This document shows, one piece after another, positions 62,624-64,000 of a stretch of 64,000 nucleotides of DNA. Source of the DNA: TPA_inf: Saccharomyces (Eukaryota). A model generated the notes under the pieces. The model saw nothing but the letters and a program-made list of their open reading frames with translations. It had not been told where the DNA came from and did not search any database. Location: assembly GCA_000146045.2 (NCBI GenBank), contig BK006948.2, forward strand, positions 832,001-896,000, given 5' to 3'. The position numbers and the translations under genes were made by a program. Position 1 is the first letter of the stretch. Each line of letters opens with the position of its first letter.

Positions 62624-64000
62624 TTAATTGTCATCAAATTCAAACAAACTACCATTTTCAGGGGTATTTTTCCTTGCTTCAATTCTGGATTTCATTTTTG
62701 CTCTCTTTTTCTTGTTGCTTTTTGTACCATGAAATTTCTGTGACAGTTTTTTATATGCCTCCTTAGTAGTCAGTCGATTTCCCTTTTCGTCTCTGTAAAC
62801 CAGTTTTATGTCAGGATCATAATGATCTTGTCTTTTTGAATGAGTATTTGCATTGGAAGAGTCACTAGATGTGAATTGTTCCAGTCCGTGTAGCTTATCT
62901 TTTGTATAAGTGCCAGTGCCCGTATGCTCTTTATTTCGGACATCCCTTCGAAGTGATTCACTATTATTAACATCCTTTCCTGGTTTCAAATCGACGTCTC
63001 CTGTGGTGAAAACACTCTTTTTCCGAAGATATCCTAGTGTTGATGCAAGACCAGAAAAAAAGTTCGGTGCATTTTCAGCATCTCCCTCGTAGTTTGGTTC
63101 ATTATTAACTGCTTCAGTCAGTGTATTGTTTCCACTCCCTTCCTTAGTATGTCCATTGGTAACATCTCCGATATTTTTCTCTCCTTCACCATGCACTTTC
63201 ACTTTATTCTCAGTAGCACTTCGTTCGGAGAGACTGGTATCCAAAGTATTTAAAAAAGTTACCTTTTCGTCGACGACAATACTGTTGGAAATTTCACGCA
63301 TTTTCAAAATGCTTTCAGTGCGTCGCTTCTCTTCGTCTCTTGCCTTTTCAATTTCTCTAGCGAGGTCCTCTGGCCCTTTCAATTCATTGTTTGAGCTTGT
63401 TCTGGGATTTATTATGGTGACTGGCTGTTCTTCTTCCATCCAGGATAAACTTTCATCTTCATCTACTAACTTAACAATTTCCATCTTATCAGTAATTTTT
63501 GACTTCCTAGCTTTAGTAGATCTTGGGTCCTTGATCTTACGTTTTTTAATTTTTAAAGGTTTAAAGTCTCCACCATCTTCATCTGACATATTATTTGCGC
63601 TATCGAAATTCACTTTAACTTTTCCCGTTGGTGGTTTTGCTGATATAGTATTCGGTGCCTTCATAACACCCTGTTCTGCTCCGATGATTAGATGTGTAGT
63701 TGTAATTGAGTGTTTCTCTCCTTCTTCTTCTTCTTCAATATCTAAGCTAGATACATTTAAAATTTTTTTTTTTTGTCTTCTATCTTTATTCATTTGTCGT
63801 AATCGTAGTTTCTCTCTATCAGCGTTTTCCTCGGCAGCTTTCACATTCTCTAACACTTCGGTAGAATCAGTATCATCAAAAATACTGCTCTCTTTCAAAG
63901 TTAGAATCGTATCTTTCTTTGGGCTAAGCGCCTCGATATTATATGATACTTGAACATTATGCAGATCAATATTTTCGTCTTCCTTCGTGGCGCCTTTTCT
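62624..64000 (-). CDS. SNU66: U4/U6.U5 tri-snRNP 66 kDa protein, C-terminal about 458 codons. The N-terminus lies beyond the window edge
   Basis: The reading frame stays open to position 64000. The track start at 63898 is a TTG codon, not a real start. The sequence is Lys/Glu-rich and low-complexity, typical of Snu66/SART1. Confidence 0.7.
   Translation of the reverse strand, partial: RKGATKEDENIDLHNVQVSYNIEALSPKKDTILTLKESSIFDDTDSTEVLENVKAAEENADREKLRLRQMNKDRRQKKKILNVSSLDIEEEEEGEKHSITTTHLIIGAEQGVMKAPNTISAKPPTGKVKVNFDSANNMSDEDGGDFKPLKIKKRKIKDPRSTKARKSKITDKMEIVKLVDEDESLSWMEEEQPVTIINPRTSSNNELKGPEDLAREIEKARDEEKRRTESILKMREISNSIVVDEKVTFLNTLDTSLSERSATENKVKVHGEGEKNIGDVTNGHTKEGSGNNTLTEAVNNEPNYEGDAENAPNFFSGLASTLGYLRKKSVFTTGDVDLKPGKDVNNSESLRRDVRNKEHTGTGTYTKDKLHGLEQFTSSDSSNANTHSKRQDHYDPDIKLVYRDEKGNRLTTKEAYKKLSQKFHGTKSNKKKRAKMKSRIEARKNTPENGSLFEFDDN

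Noticed and set aside
1-64000. CRISPR arrays, operon-like co-directional gene clusters, and phage or defence signatures
   Set aside because: None are present. The only direct repeats are microsatellites, homopolymers and coding low-complexity repeats. Gene organisation is eukaryotic, with an intron, Pol II promoters with TATA/Rap1/PAC elements, and a Pol III tRNA.

Overview
This window is eukaryotic. It looks like Saccharomyces cerevisiae nuclear DNA, and from memory it matches the right arm of chromosome XV, roughly the YOR272W to YOR308C interval. I cannot run an alignment to confirm that. The signs are AT-rich intergenic DNA, monocistronic genes on both strands, a spliceosomal intron with GTATGT, TACTAAC and a 3' AG, a Pol III tRNA gene with a Ty3 sigma LTR 16 bp upstream, and yeast promoter motifs such as PAC/RRPE, Rap1, Gcn4 and the MSE.

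I count about 38 protein-coding genes, and I recognise nearly all of them by sequence. In order they are YTM1, TPO4, MOD5, RIM20, CAF20, HEM4, RFM1, FSH3, PLP2, YOR283W, HUA2, RDL1, RDL2, RRP36, MPD1, YOR289W, tRNA-Ala(UGC) with the sigma LTR, SNF2, YPK9, YOR292C, RPS10A (intron-containing), RRS1, UAF30, YOR296W, TIM18, MUM3, MBF1, BUD7, RAX1, the CPA1 uORF with CPA1, ISW2, BIL1, RRG7, MCH5, SLY41 and the 3' part of SNU66.

The ORF track reports some starts at TTG or GTG codons translated as M. I checked this at YOR289W, YOR296W, ISW2 and SNU66. For those genes I moved the start to the in-frame ATG that matches the known N-terminus.

I see no prokaryotic signature: no CRISPR array, no operons, no defence-island organisation. 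I found no evidence of an undescribed system in this window. The points most worth a second look are: (1) the translational and regulatory devices readable directly in the DNA, namely the CPA1 arginine-attenuator uORF, the MOD5 dual AUGs, the RPS10A intron with bypassed AGs, and the Ribi, Rap1, Gcn4 and MSE motifs; (2) the tRNA, sigma and LTR-remnant hotspot next to SNF2; (3) the poorly characterised proteins YOR296W (large, C2 domain, Munc13-like), RRG7 (Mrr-like PD-(D/E)xK motifs), YOR283W, YOR289W and BIL1; (4) a GC-rich structured island in the TPO4-MOD5 divergent promoter, and long homopolymer tracts, one of them an A13 run inside the MUM3 coding sequence.
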